Assembly (NCBI GenBank): GCA_045646345.1
Contig: JAZRKN010000009.1
Coordinates: forward strand, 19,599-83,598
Source of the DNA: Candidatus Scatovivens sp.
Lineage (GTDB): Bacteria > Bacillota > Clostridia > TANB77 > CAG-508
Reading direction: 5' to 3'
Length of the DNA stretch: 64,000 nucleotides
Part shown: positions 9,001 through 17,623 of the stretch, piece after piece
How positions within the stretch are numbered: position 1 is the stretch's first letter
Layout of the letters: every line of letters begins with the position of its first letter
Position numbers and translations under genes: made by a program
Notes under the pieces: generated by a model
Seen by the model: the letters and a program-made list of their open reading frames with translations, nothing else
Told to the model about the DNA's origin: nothing
Databases searched by the model: none

Positions 9001-11151
9001 CCTAAAAAAACAACAATTACAGATAATTTCTTAATTGAAAATAGTAAGAATGGTAAATTCGAACTTGAATTAACAGAAGAACCGATATATACAGGAACTA
9101 ACATATTTGATTTAAGTTATGTTATGCAAGATGGAATTACATATGCTTCAGCTCCAAGTGTAACTAATTGGTACACAGCAGAACAAATAAATAATGATGA
9201 TTCTTTAAATTTTGAAGATGTTACAATGATAAAATTAACAGTTAAAGATGCTGCTATAAAAAATGGTGATAAAGTAAGAATTACATTAAAATTGAAATAT
9301 GTAGGTGAAAGTTTTAGAGAAGAAGCTGGTAAAGAAAATATCTGGCATAGTGGTGGATATTATAGATTTATAAACAGTGACAGAGAAAGTGCAGGAAATT
9401 TTGCAACAGAAGGTGTTTCTATAAAATTAAATTGTGAAGATATTGAACTTGATGAAATAACATTAACTGCAGCAAGAGGTATGGTTCCAACTGGTGTGGG
9501 AAATGTTAATGTAGTAAATATATCAGAAACAGAATTCCCAATTTTTGAAAATGCTCACACATTTGAAATAACAGATGTAGAAACTTACAATGTAATTTTA
9601 AAATCAAAAGATTATATGCTTGCTAATCCAGATATGCCGGGTATAGATGCAAATCAAAATTTTGCTATAACGGTAAATATGGGAACAAAAGAAGTAAATA
9701 TATTAGAAAGTGCAAAAGAAAATCCTATTGAAATAGGAACTATTTCAGCAAATTCGTCACCAAGCTTCACTTACCAAATATATAATGCAGATGCTTTAAA
9801 TGATAATTCGCAAATAAGATATATAATTGTAACGTTACAAAGTGAAAATGGAATAACATTAAAACAAAAAATTAATATAAATAGAGAGGTTGTTCAAGCT
9901 TCAGATCCACAAATTGCTATAGTAGCAGGAAAAAGATATGTGACATTTGATGATTTAACGACAGATACAGTAATAAGTCAAGATTCATCATTTACAGCAC
10001 AATTTATATTAGAATATATACCAAATACATATAAAGATGAGAGAATTACTTTTTCAAATGCTTTACCTGTCGGAACAAAAATAATATTAGAAAATTTTAC
10101 TGATGAGGCAAATCCAACATATTGGTATTATTCAGTGAATTCTGCTATTTCTACAATTAAATTAGAAGATTTTGTTGCAATGGGAAGAACTGGAAGTGAT
10201 AATTACAATATGCCAAACGATTTGGATATTATAAAAGAAAAACTTTTAGTATTAGTTGATTTCTCTCAATGTTCAAATTGTCTTTCATCAGAAACATATT
10301 CAATAAAATTACAATTAACAGGAACAACTACAGATGTTGAAGATTTTGATTCAAATGAATTGAAATTTTCGCTAAGAAATAAAAATACTTTTGTGTTAAA
10401 TGAAATTTCAAATGCAAAAATGGGAGAAAAATTTAATATAAATTATACAATGAACTTGACCCAAGGTGCAGACACTAAATATGGAGGAAGAAAAGCTTCT
10501 TTGGTAATAACTGCTCCGGATAATATTCCATCAGATACTATGCTAACAATTCAAAATAATGTGTATAATTTGAATGCTGAAAAGCAATTTATAGTATCGC
10601 TTGGAGATATAAAAACACAAACAAGTTCATTAGAAATGAATATCTTTTCTAATATGCAACCAGATGTGGAAACGATATATGAATTTGATATAGCATTATG
10701 GATTTCAGCAACTGCTAATGCTGATGCTCCAAAATTAGGAGAATTAATTTCTGCTAAAAAAATAAATATAACAACTAATAATGAGTTGAATCCTGCTCTT
10801 AAAGTAACAAATATAAGTTCAAGAATTATTAAAAAAGATGAACTAAATCAATTATATACACTTGATTATAAGTACAAGCCGGATGCTAATTGCAAAGTAA
10901 CTGTAGAATTACAACAAAAAATTGGTAGTGCTTATAAGAAAGTAACTGATAAATTAAATCAAGTAAATGGATCAACGGCTCATACAATGGGAACATTTGA
11001 TATAAATCCTGATTCAGGAAATAATATATTAGAATTTAGATTGTCATCAATAACAGAAAAAGCAACATATAGAATTGTGTTTAAAGTTTGTGACGATGCA
11101 GGAACAACAATATTAGAAGTTCCATATAATTTTATAGTGTTAGACAAATAA
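6046..11151 (+). CDS. Giant secreted protein (1701 aa), putative fibre/adhesin
   Basis: N-terminal signal/anchor (LLLILIIVLAFIPYKLIFSKAEE), then an N/E/T-rich low-complexity stretch with NTINQNTINQ repeats, then about 1500 aa of beta-rich domains; no LPXTG, SLH or choline-binding C-terminus. Confidence 0.6.
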   Translation: MRNNSKNNIKLLLILIIVLAFIPYKLIFSKAEETNNEVEKNTIIESNIETTNLNLGQEENIVSNEVQISNDRETENIVSEKSNTETNTTVENVVTEKNNENQVVENEVNENTINQNTINQNTVENIVSKDEYENKVATNEISNTVATSNENVAIGNFVVSQEMQELLGAMAEPVDEPEVQEISEIGLKATLWDSEQYSAGTGTELTEVGATVNNWQFETNKYLQIDPKVVADGNTYIITVELPQEFYIIGSELSVPTGYQNVNFTKNAEIVINDSQKYELKPYSGTAEYTLNNMVESGTIQIGIGYDVVLWDKQENSSLTPDGVNPITVKLSKKESDGTLTELNRVLISKAFSGSKNQDAVNVNGMLEGESSGLSTIVANKDDRIKFVKSINNNDGMVRYKYYKSAKITVKLPSYTDTNGKIHYLSFDESTLDLSKVAHTSKNVDLSQADAGIVTIDLVNPYWNSGTLVGFVVGPLPEELLEQNINSFIFKNGTITTVVNGKNGNNNITYRTCSIPSVEYQKESLENVVISSQNKGVTIVERPNDAVSILGGIYLENKGTGVSCPKNIDLKFDINNTNLIKVTTINIFADTIQEYIDVTYTLVDENGNRVFLDNNGNRVSEGSNEAIGEWVYSLKNTYKNSTKKENLKNTITRGKLPEAHRQYYFKSVNYNLESINEQTRLYAPSSVLTLTAAGNFLGYVDDSSGNNEKTAASKMVVTSLDAGITNLERTVTTTLQNTSTPTYIIDNATINKTKIQAGESFNISGKVVTPSYPYGNSTWLKRITLAVKLPKDITINEQAIVLKNAKGLLISGSTVTTQDIGNGNILWKIKLPEDICIGRASEDIGTLPSGDTISFDLQLDTSYTMNAVTIFVKDLVTVGAYKQLNNASGSYSWASKADIYDINENGSTTDNIGGIKSSNASACQIISQTATLEIQDSISVESNGIVSEESNVGKIFSVEDTINYNLDIGCFSGGRAEGFVYYIPIPKKTTITDNFLIENSKNGKFELELTEEPIYTGTNIFDLSYVMQDGITYASAPSVTNWYTAEQINNDDSLNFEDVTMIKLTVKDAAIKNGDKVRITLKLKYVGESFREEAGKENIWHSGGYYRFINSDRESAGNFATEGVSIKLNCEDIELDEITLTAARGMVPTGVGNVNVVNISETEFPIFENAHTFEITDVETYNVILKSKDYMLANPDMPGIDANQNFAITVNMGTKEVNILESAKENPIEIGTISANSSPSFTYQIYNADALNDNSQIRYIIVTLQSENGITLKQKININREVVQASDPQIAIVAGKRYVTFDDLTTDTVISQDSSFTAQFILEYIPNTYKDERITFSNALPVGTKIILENFTDEANPTYWYYSVNSAISTIKLEDFVAMGRTGSDNYNMPNDLDIIKEKLLVLVDFSQCSNCLSSETYSIKLQLTGTTTDVEDFDSNELKFSLRNKNTFVLNEISNAKMGEKFNINYTMNLTQGADTKYGGRKASLVITAPDNIPSDTMLTIQNNVYNLNAEKQFIVSLGDIKTQTSSLEMNIFSNMQPDVETIYEFDIALWISATANADAPKLGELISAKKINITTNNELNPALKVTNISSRIIKKDELNQLYTLDYKYKPDANCKVTVELQQKIGSAYKKVTDKLNQVNGSTAHTMGTFDINPDSGNNILEFRLSSITEKATYRIVFKVCDDAGTTILEVPYNFIVLDK

Positions 11152-11154
11152 ATA

Positions 11155-11190
11155 AAAAAGAAGAAGTTGTTTTAACTTCTTCTTTTTTTA
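11155..11190. terminator. Bidirectional rho-independent terminator
   Basis: aaaaagaagaagttg / aacttcttcttttttt hairpin between convergent genes. Confidence 0.75.
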
Positions 11191-11191
11191 T

Positions 11192-12121
11192 TTAAATTTT
11201 ATTATTTGTTCTTCTTTTTGGAAGTGGCTTTGAAGAGATTACTGTTGGCGAAACTTCAAAAACAATATTAAAACAATCAAATTTATACATTTCATTATTA
11301 TCTAAATAATCTAAGTAAATATCAAGTTCATCAATATTTCTACAAGCCGCTATAATTGCTGGATGTAGGTTGTAATTGAAAAATAATTCAACTCCTAATT
11401 CTAGTCCGTCTTTTGTTGATAGATTTTCTTTGTTCTTTATCAATTTAAAGGCTTCTTTAAATCTAGATATTGAAGCATTTTTGAAGAACGATAATGGAAT
11501 TGTATAATGTGTTTGAATAATTTCTTCATATGATGAAAATTTATTTTTATTAGCAGAAAAGATTTGCTCTAATTCATGATATGTATATGGTAAAAAAACA
11601 GTTTGTTTTGTTTCTGAAATTACTAGAGTGTTTTCTCTTTTTAAGTCTTCTGGTAAATTATTTTTTAATTCTTCGAAATTGACAATAGGATCAGCTTCAG
11701 TTAATTCTAATTTTATATTTATGTTTTGGTCTGAAAATTGATTTAATGCTTTTTCAATTTGTAGAGTATTTAATTGAACAGTACTATAAGCTTCCGAAAA
11801 AGTAGAATTAAAGTTGTTAATTTTTTCTTCAGTTAGTGAATTCATGTTATTCTCTTTTATTGCATTTGTTAGAATTGTAAGCAATAGGTTTAATTTATTT
11901 AAAATTGCAATATTAGAATTAGAAACTTCAAGAGTTTCTTTTAGAAAATTTACTATTTCTGGGGTTGAATTATTTTTTTGAAATTTATCAAGATATTTTG
12001 AAATAGTTTCTTTTTTTATGTTTTGTACATCTAACATTGATGATAAAATCTTTTTTTCATAATCCAAAAGCATATTAAATTTTTCATGATTTTTAATTAA
12101 TTCTTCTGTAAAAAATATCAT
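11192..12121 (-). CDS. Hypothetical cytoplasmic protein (309 aa)
   Basis: Long minus-strand ORF convergent with the giant gene and sharing its terminator; no recognisable motif. Confidence 0.5.
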   Translation of the reverse strand: MIFFTEELIKNHEKFNMLLDYEKKILSSMLDVQNIKKETISKYLDKFQKNNSTPEIVNFLKETLEVSNSNIAILNKLNLLLTILTNAIKENNMNSLTEEKINNFNSTFSEAYSTVQLNTLQIEKALNQFSDQNINIKLELTEADPIVNFEELKNNLPEDLKRENTLVISETKQTVFLPYTYHELEQIFSANKNKFSSYEEIIQTHYTIPLSFFKNASISRFKEAFKLIKNKENLSTKDGLELGVELFFNYNLHPAIIAACRNIDELDIYLDYLDNNEMYKFDCFNIVFEVSPTVISSKPLPKRRTNNKI

Positions 12122-12334
12122 ATATTTACACCTCGAATATATTATATATTAAAAAATTTTAAAAATCAGTATTTTAATATAAATTTAATATAAGAGATAT
12201 TTTGATAAATAAAAGGAGTTTAACTTTCGTGAAAAAATAATTTAAAAAAGTATAAATGATACATAAAAGTTATTGTAAAAAAAATATATTATTTGTAAAA
12301 TATTGTTATAAACAAAAGATAATGGGAGGTTTCT

Positions 12335-15300
12335 ATGACTAGAAAAAAAGTAGGAAAATTTTTATTATATATAATAATTGCTATGCTTATTATTTCTTCA
12401 TGTTACTGTTTTTGGTCTTATTTTTCCAAAGGTAAACAAAAAATAACAGTAAAAACAAGTAACAATTGTTATAGTGGTGAAAGTATTAATGCTACTATTG
12501 CTGTAATGAATGTTAAAACTAATAAAGCGATAGATGCAAAAATCACAGCAACATTATATGATAGTGATGACAAGAAAGTAAAAGATGTTGTTACTAAAAT
12601 GGAAATTGAAAAAGGAGAAGCTGGAGAATTAGCTTTAAATGTACCGGAAGACTTAAAAAGTGGAAAGTATACTTTAAAGATAAAATCTAATTCGGGATTT
12701 TATTCCGATACAGCAGAAATTCCAATTAATGTTAAAAATGATAAAAAGTCAAATGTGATAATTTCTTTTGATAAAGGGATTTATAAACCTGGAGATGAAA
12801 TTAATTATAGAATTTTAATGCTTTCTAAAAGAGATGAAACTCCTTTGAGTCAGAATATTAAAGTTTCAATATATGATGGAAATGATAATAGAGTTTATAT
12901 AGAAGAAGCTGTGACTTCTGAATATGGTATTATTTCAGGAAAGTTTAAATTAGCAGATGAGGTTAATAGTGGTACTTATAAATTAAAAGTTGAATCTGAT
13001 AGACAGGAAGTTACAAAAACTTTTAATGTAAATCCATATATAATTCCAACCTTTGAAGTTGAAGTTTCATCAGATAAAGATAATTATATTGTTGGAGATG
13101 TGGCTAAAATAAAGGTAGATGCTAAATACTTTTTTGGAGAGCCTGTAAAAAAAGCTGAAATAAAAGGAACTGTTGACGGAAAAGAAGTTGTTGGATTGAC
13201 AGATGAAAACGGAAGTTTTACATACGAATATAAATTTGGAAAAGCTTCTAAAATAGTTGCAGATTTTACTGTGGTAGATTCATCTAATTATTTGATAGAG
13301 GCGTCAAAAATATTATGTTGTGGAACAGCATTATATGAAGTTGAAGTTATTCCAGAATATTCAGATATAGCTTATGGATTTGATAATGATATATATGTAA
13401 TTACTAAAAAAATAGATGGAACTCCAGTTAAAACTTATTCAACATTAAAAATAGGAAAAATTTCAAAACAAGTAATTTCTGATGAAAATGGAATCGGAAA
13501 AGTTACAATAACATCTAGCGAAACAGAAGAATTACCAAAAAAAGAAATGCTATCTGTTAAAGTTGAATCTGAAGATATGGAGTCAAACAAAGTAACAAAA
13601 ACACATCAATTATTAATTCATGATGCATTTCCTAATTTAATAAAAACGAACAAAACAAAATACAATGCTGGAGAAGATATTGAAATAAAATTAAATTCAA
13701 AAGTGAATACAAATACCAAAAATATATATGTCTTCAAAAGTAATGAACTTATTAAAACTATTGTTACAGATGATGATAATGTGAAAATTAATTTAGGCGA
13801 TGTCTCAGGGTTAGTTGATTTATATATTCCAAATCAAAAAAATATGTCAACAATATATAATTATTATGATGATTTTTATGAAACTTATAAAGTTAATATA
13901 GATTATTCTAAAAAGACAATTTTTATAAAACCAGAGAAAGAACTAAATATTTTAGTAGAACCGGTAAAAGATGAATATAAACCAGGAGATACTTTAGATG
14001 TTAAGTTCACTACAACTAATGAACAAAATGAGTTGGTAAATTCTGCTTTATTAGTGAGTATTTTAGATGAAGCGATACTTGCGTTAGCTGATAATGATTT
14101 GTCTATTGATAATATAAAATTAGCGTTAGAAGATATTGTTTTAGAACCAGGTATGACTGCTGCAGATTTATATGTAATGGCACTAGACGAATCTTCAGAT
14201 CTTGCTTTTAATTCTGTATTATTAAAACAAAAAGTAACAAATCCAGATATTTATACTAAAAATTATAGAAATTACGAAACAGAAATATATTTGATGTTTG
14301 GAATTATAGCTATTATAGTAGCTGCAATTTTAATAGCTTTAAGTTATATTGCTAAGAATAAAGAAAAAGTAGCTAAAGTGATAATTCCGGTAATAGATGT
14401 TTTGGCAATATTTATTTTAATGTATATATATGCTGAGGAAGTATTCGGTTTAATAGATAATTTATTTATGGTATTTGCAACATTTATTCTTTCAATAATT
14501 GCGTATTTGTTGTTCTTGTATAAAGAACGTGACTTTATATTTAAATTAGTATCAGAAATGATTGTAATTCCAATTGTCTCAATAATAGGAATATTCTTGA
14601 TTTCTATATTAGTATCTTTGGTATTTGATATATATATACCAAAAATATTTGCTTTAGTTTTAGGTGTAGTCGTTTTATTAATATTATTAGAGTTTGCTAT
14701 ATTAAAATCATTACAAAGAAAAAGAGGATTAAATAAAGTTTTAACAAAGATTTTTGAGTTTTCAAAACTAATTTCAAGAGCTGTTGTATTTTGGTTTTTA
14801 ACAATAGTATTAACAGAAATTACAGAATTTGGATTACTAATAGTTCTTGCTCTTTATTATTTATATAGAAAATTTATATTAAAAGAAGCAAAAACTAAAG
14901 TAGAAGATGGGAAAATAGTATTAAATTTAAATGTTTCTGAATTAGTGGGAATGCTAATAGGAATGTTATTAATTATAATTGTTATAGTAATAGTAATTTC
15001 TTCTAATTTAAATGATTATAGAGTAATGAATGATTCTGTAACTTCAGATGTTACGGCTCCTAGTTTACCTATGAAGGATTCGACAACAAATTCAAGTACT
15101 GTAACATTAGATTTTAGTCAAGTTACAGAGGATATGATAATCTCAGGAGCGTCTGATGCTACAGGAGCGGGAAGTAGCATAAATAATTCATTCGGTTCAA
15201 TGTTTGATTTTGATTTGAATATTATGCAAGATTCAAAAGCCGAATCATCTGTTGAGATGTCTACAGAAGATTTTGTTTCAGAAGGTGATAATTCAAATGA

Positions 15301-17392
15301 AATAGAAAATGAAATAGAAGAAAATGTTAGAAATGTATTTTTAGAAAGCTTAGCATTTATTCCAGAATTAGTTACAGAAAATGGTGTAGCAAATTTTAAA
15401 ACAGAGATTAGTGATAATATAACAACTTGGAATATTCAAACAATAGGAAATACAAAAGAAGGAAATGTAGGATTTGGTTCAGGAAGTTTTAAAGTATTTA
15501 AAGAATTTTTTGTAGAATATACTCTTCCGGCAAATTCGGTTGTTACAGATAAAGTAAGTATTCCAGTAACACTACATAATTATACAGAAAAAAATCTAAT
15601 AATTGATTTATTAGTAAAAGAAAATGATTGGGCGATTATTGGTGATTATGAAAAACAAAATGTAGTTGAAGCTAAATCAACAAAAATGATATATGTACCA
15701 ATTGAAATTTTAAAAGATGGAAACAATACATTAAGAATAGAAGCGAATTCAGGAAAAAAATCAGATATAGTTGAAAAAACGTTAGTTGTTAAACCTAATG
15801 GTTTAGAAAAAAATGTAGTAGTTTCAAGCGGAATGATTGAAAATAAATATTCTCAAGATATCATATTTAATGAAAAAGCGATTGAAAAAACTGAAAAAAT
15901 AAAAGTAAAATTATATGCATCGCCAGTTGTTCAAGCGATAGAAAATATAGATGCTATGTTAAGAATGCCAACAGGATGTTTTGAACAAACTTCTTCTTCG
16001 TTATATCCAGATATTTTAGTTTTGAAATATTTAAGAGAACATGATTTAAGTAATAAAGAATTAGAAGAAAAAGCGTTAAATTATATATCTAAGGGATATC
16101 AAAAGTTATTAACTTATGAAGTAAAAACTAAAAAAGGTGGATATTCATTGTATGGATATGCACCAGCAGAACCTGTAATAACAGCCTTTGGGTTAATGGA
16201 ATTTAATGAACTTTCAGAAGTTTATGAAGTTGAAGAAAAAGTTATTGATAATATGGTTGAGTATTTATTTGATGTTCAAAATGTAAATGGAAGTTTTGAT
16301 TATAATACTGTTTATATTGGTGGAACTGCTAGTAGAGATGATTTAGCAATGAATGCATATATTATTTGGGCTTTATCAGAGGTTGTTCCAAATGATAAGA
16401 GATTAGAAAAATCAATAAGTTATTTAGAAAATAAATTAGATAAAATTAAAGATAACTATACATTAGCATTAATTGCAAATATTTTTGCTAATACTGATAA
16501 TAAGAATTCAGCAAATGAAGTTTTAAAAATGATAAATCAAAATATTAAAGTAACAGAAAATGGTGCTTATATTGCTTCAAATATTTCGGATTATTATGGA
16601 ACAAGAGGTAATCATCAAAATAACCAAGCGACAGCACTAACATCAATGGCTTTGACTAAACTAAATTCAAATCAAAAAAATAATGAAGAATTTGTAAAAT
16701 TCTTAGTAAGTCAAAAAGATAAATATGGAAGTTGGGGAACAACACAAGCAACAGTACTTGCATTAAAAGCAATTAATAGCTTTACTCAAAATTCTGATAT
16801 TAAAGATCAAACAATAACTATAAAATTAAATGATAAAGAAGAAAAAATAGAAATAAAAGAAAATGCTTTAGATGTTTATGAAGTAGAGTTTGATAATGTA
16901 TCAAAAGAAAATAGATTATTAATTGATATGAAAAAAGGTAAAATAACATATGAAGTAATTAAAAATTATTATCAAAGTTATGCAGAAATAGATGATGATT
17001 TACAAAATGAGAATAAATTAAGTGTAGTACAGAACTTAAGTAGTGTAGCAAAAGTAAACGATATAATTACTCAAAACATATCAATAAAAAATAATAAAAC
17101 ATATATTGAAAATGGATTGATAGAAATTAATATACCACAAGGAACTACTCCGGTAGAAGCTTCATTAATGAATTTGAAATATAATGGAATAATTGAAAAA
17201 TATGAATATAATTATAATAAAATTAATCTTTATATAAGGGGATTTGAACCTGGAGAAGAAGTATTATTGGATATTCAATATAGAGCATTATATCCAGAAA
17301 ATATTACTGGTGGAGCAATAAGATTTTTTGATTATTATAATCCAGAAATTGAAGAAATTTGTTACCCAAAAGTTCTTATAGTAGAAGAATAA
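12335..17392 (+). CDS. Alpha-2-macroglobulin family thioester protein with an embedded polytopic membrane domain
   Basis: N-terminal signal anchor; MG-like repeats; about 8 TM helices (roughly nt 14280-15030); Ser/Thr/Asp-rich linker; FLESLAFIPEL...DNITTW (A2M FPETWLW...DSITTW region); MLRMPTGCFEQTSSSLYPDILVLKYL matching the A2M thioester [23 protein letters not shown]; TAFGL motif. Confidence 0.8.
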   Translation: MTRKKVGKFLLYIIIAMLIISSCYCFWSYFSKGKQKITVKTSNNCYSGESINATIAVMNVKTNKAIDAKITATLYDSDDKKVKDVVTKMEIEKGEAGELALNVPEDLKSGKYTLKIKSNSGFYSDTAEIPINVKNDKKSNVIISFDKGIYKPGDEINYRILMLSKRDETPLSQNIKVSIYDGNDNRVYIEEAVTSEYGIISGKFKLADEVNSGTYKLKVESDRQEVTKTFNVNPYIIPTFEVEVSSDKDNYIVGDVAKIKVDAKYFFGEPVKKAEIKGTVDGKEVVGLTDENGSFTYEYKFGKASKIVADFTVVDSSNYLIEASKILCCGTALYEVEVIPEYSDIAYGFDNDIYVITKKIDGTPVKTYSTLKIGKISKQVISDENGIGKVTITSSETEELPKKEMLSVKVESEDMESNKVTKTHQLLIHDAFPNLIKTNKTKYNAGEDIEIKLNSKVNTNTKNIYVFKSNELIKTIVTDDDNVKINLGDVSGLVDLYIPNQKNMSTIYNYYDDFYETYKVNIDYSKKTIFIKPEKELNILVEPVKDEYKPGDTLDVKFTTTNEQNELVNSALLVSILDEAILALADNDLSIDNIKLALEDIVLEPGMTAADLYVMALDESSDLAFNSVLLKQKVTNPDIYTKNYRNYETEIYLMFGIIAIIVAAILIALSYIAKNKEKVAKVIIPVIDVLAIFILMYIYAEEVFGLIDNLFMVFATFILSIIAYLLFLYKERDFIFKLVSEMIVIPIVSIIGIFLISILVSLVFDIYIPKIFALVLGVVVLLILLEFAILKSLQRKRGLNKVLTKIFEFSKLISRAVVFWFLTIVLTEITEFGLLIVLALYYLYRKFILKEAKTKVEDGKIVLNLNVSELVGMLIGMLLIIIVIVIVISSNLNDYRVMNDSVTSDVTAPSLPMKDSTTNSSTVTLDFSQVTEDMIISGASDATGAGSSINNSFGSMFDFDLNIMQDSKAESSVEMSTEDFVSEGDNSNEIENEIEENVRNVFLESLAFIPELVTENGVANFKTEISDNITTWNIQTIGNTKEGNVGFGSGSFKVFKEFFVEYTLPANSVVTDKVSIPVTLHNYTEKNLIIDLLVKENDWAIIGDYEKQNVVEAKSTKMIYVPIEILKDGNNTLRIEANSGKKSDIVEKTLVVKPNGLEKNVVVSSGMIENKYSQDIIFNEKAIEKTEKIKVKLYASPVVQAIENIDAMLRMPTGCFEQTSSSLYPDILVLKYLREHDLSNKELEEKALNYISKGYQKLLTYEVKTKKGGYSLYGYAPAEPVITAFGLMEFNELSEVYEVEEKVIDNMVEYLFDVQNVNGSFDYNTVYIGGTASRDDLAMNAYIIWALSEVVPNDKRLEKSISYLENKLDKIKDNYTLALIANIFANTDNKNSANEVLKMINQNIKVTENGAYIASNISDYYGTRGNHQNNQATALTSMALTKLNSNQKNNEEFVKFLVSQKDKYGSWGTTQATVLALKAINSFTQNSDIKDQTITIKLNDKEEKIEIKENALDVYEVEFDNVSKENRLLIDMKKGKITYEVIKNYYQSYAEIDDDLQNENKLSVVQNLSSVAKVNDIITQNISIKNNKTYIENGLIEINIPQGTTPVEASLMNLKYNGIIEKYEYNYNKINLYIRGFEPGEEVLLDIQYRALYPENITGGAIRFFDYYNPEIEEICYPKVLIVEE

Positions 17393-17404
17393 GTATGTAA
17401 AACT

Positions 17405-17438
17405 GAAGGAGTCATAAATAAAAGACTCCTTCTTTTTA
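17405..17438 (+). terminator. Rho-independent terminator after the A2M gene
   Basis: gaaggagtc / gactccttc hairpin followed by TTTTT. Confidence 0.75.
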
Positions 17439-17517
17439 TGGTTATGATTTTTGGGAGAAAAAATTAAATCTAATTATGAAAAAAGATTTGATAATGTAAC
17501 AAAATTGTAAAAAGTAC

Positions 17518-17546
17518 TTGAAAAGTTCGATAAAATATTATAGAAT
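17518..17546 (+). promoter_or_regulatory. sigma-A promoter of the gap operon
   Basis: TTGAAA (17518-17523), 17-nt spacer, TAGAAT (17541-17546); about 75-nt leader before gap. Confidence 0.5.
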
Positions 17547-17623
17547 GTCTTTGGTCAAAAGTAGGCCAAAATAAAAGAGATACTAAAAGACATTTAAGTA
17601 TCAGAAGTGGAGGAATTTATATT

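Noticed and set aside
1893-17404. Mobile genetic element or prophage carrying the accessory block
   Set aside because: No integrase, transposase, recombinase, tRNA attachment site or flanking direct or inverted repeats were found. The block is reported as an accessory locus only.
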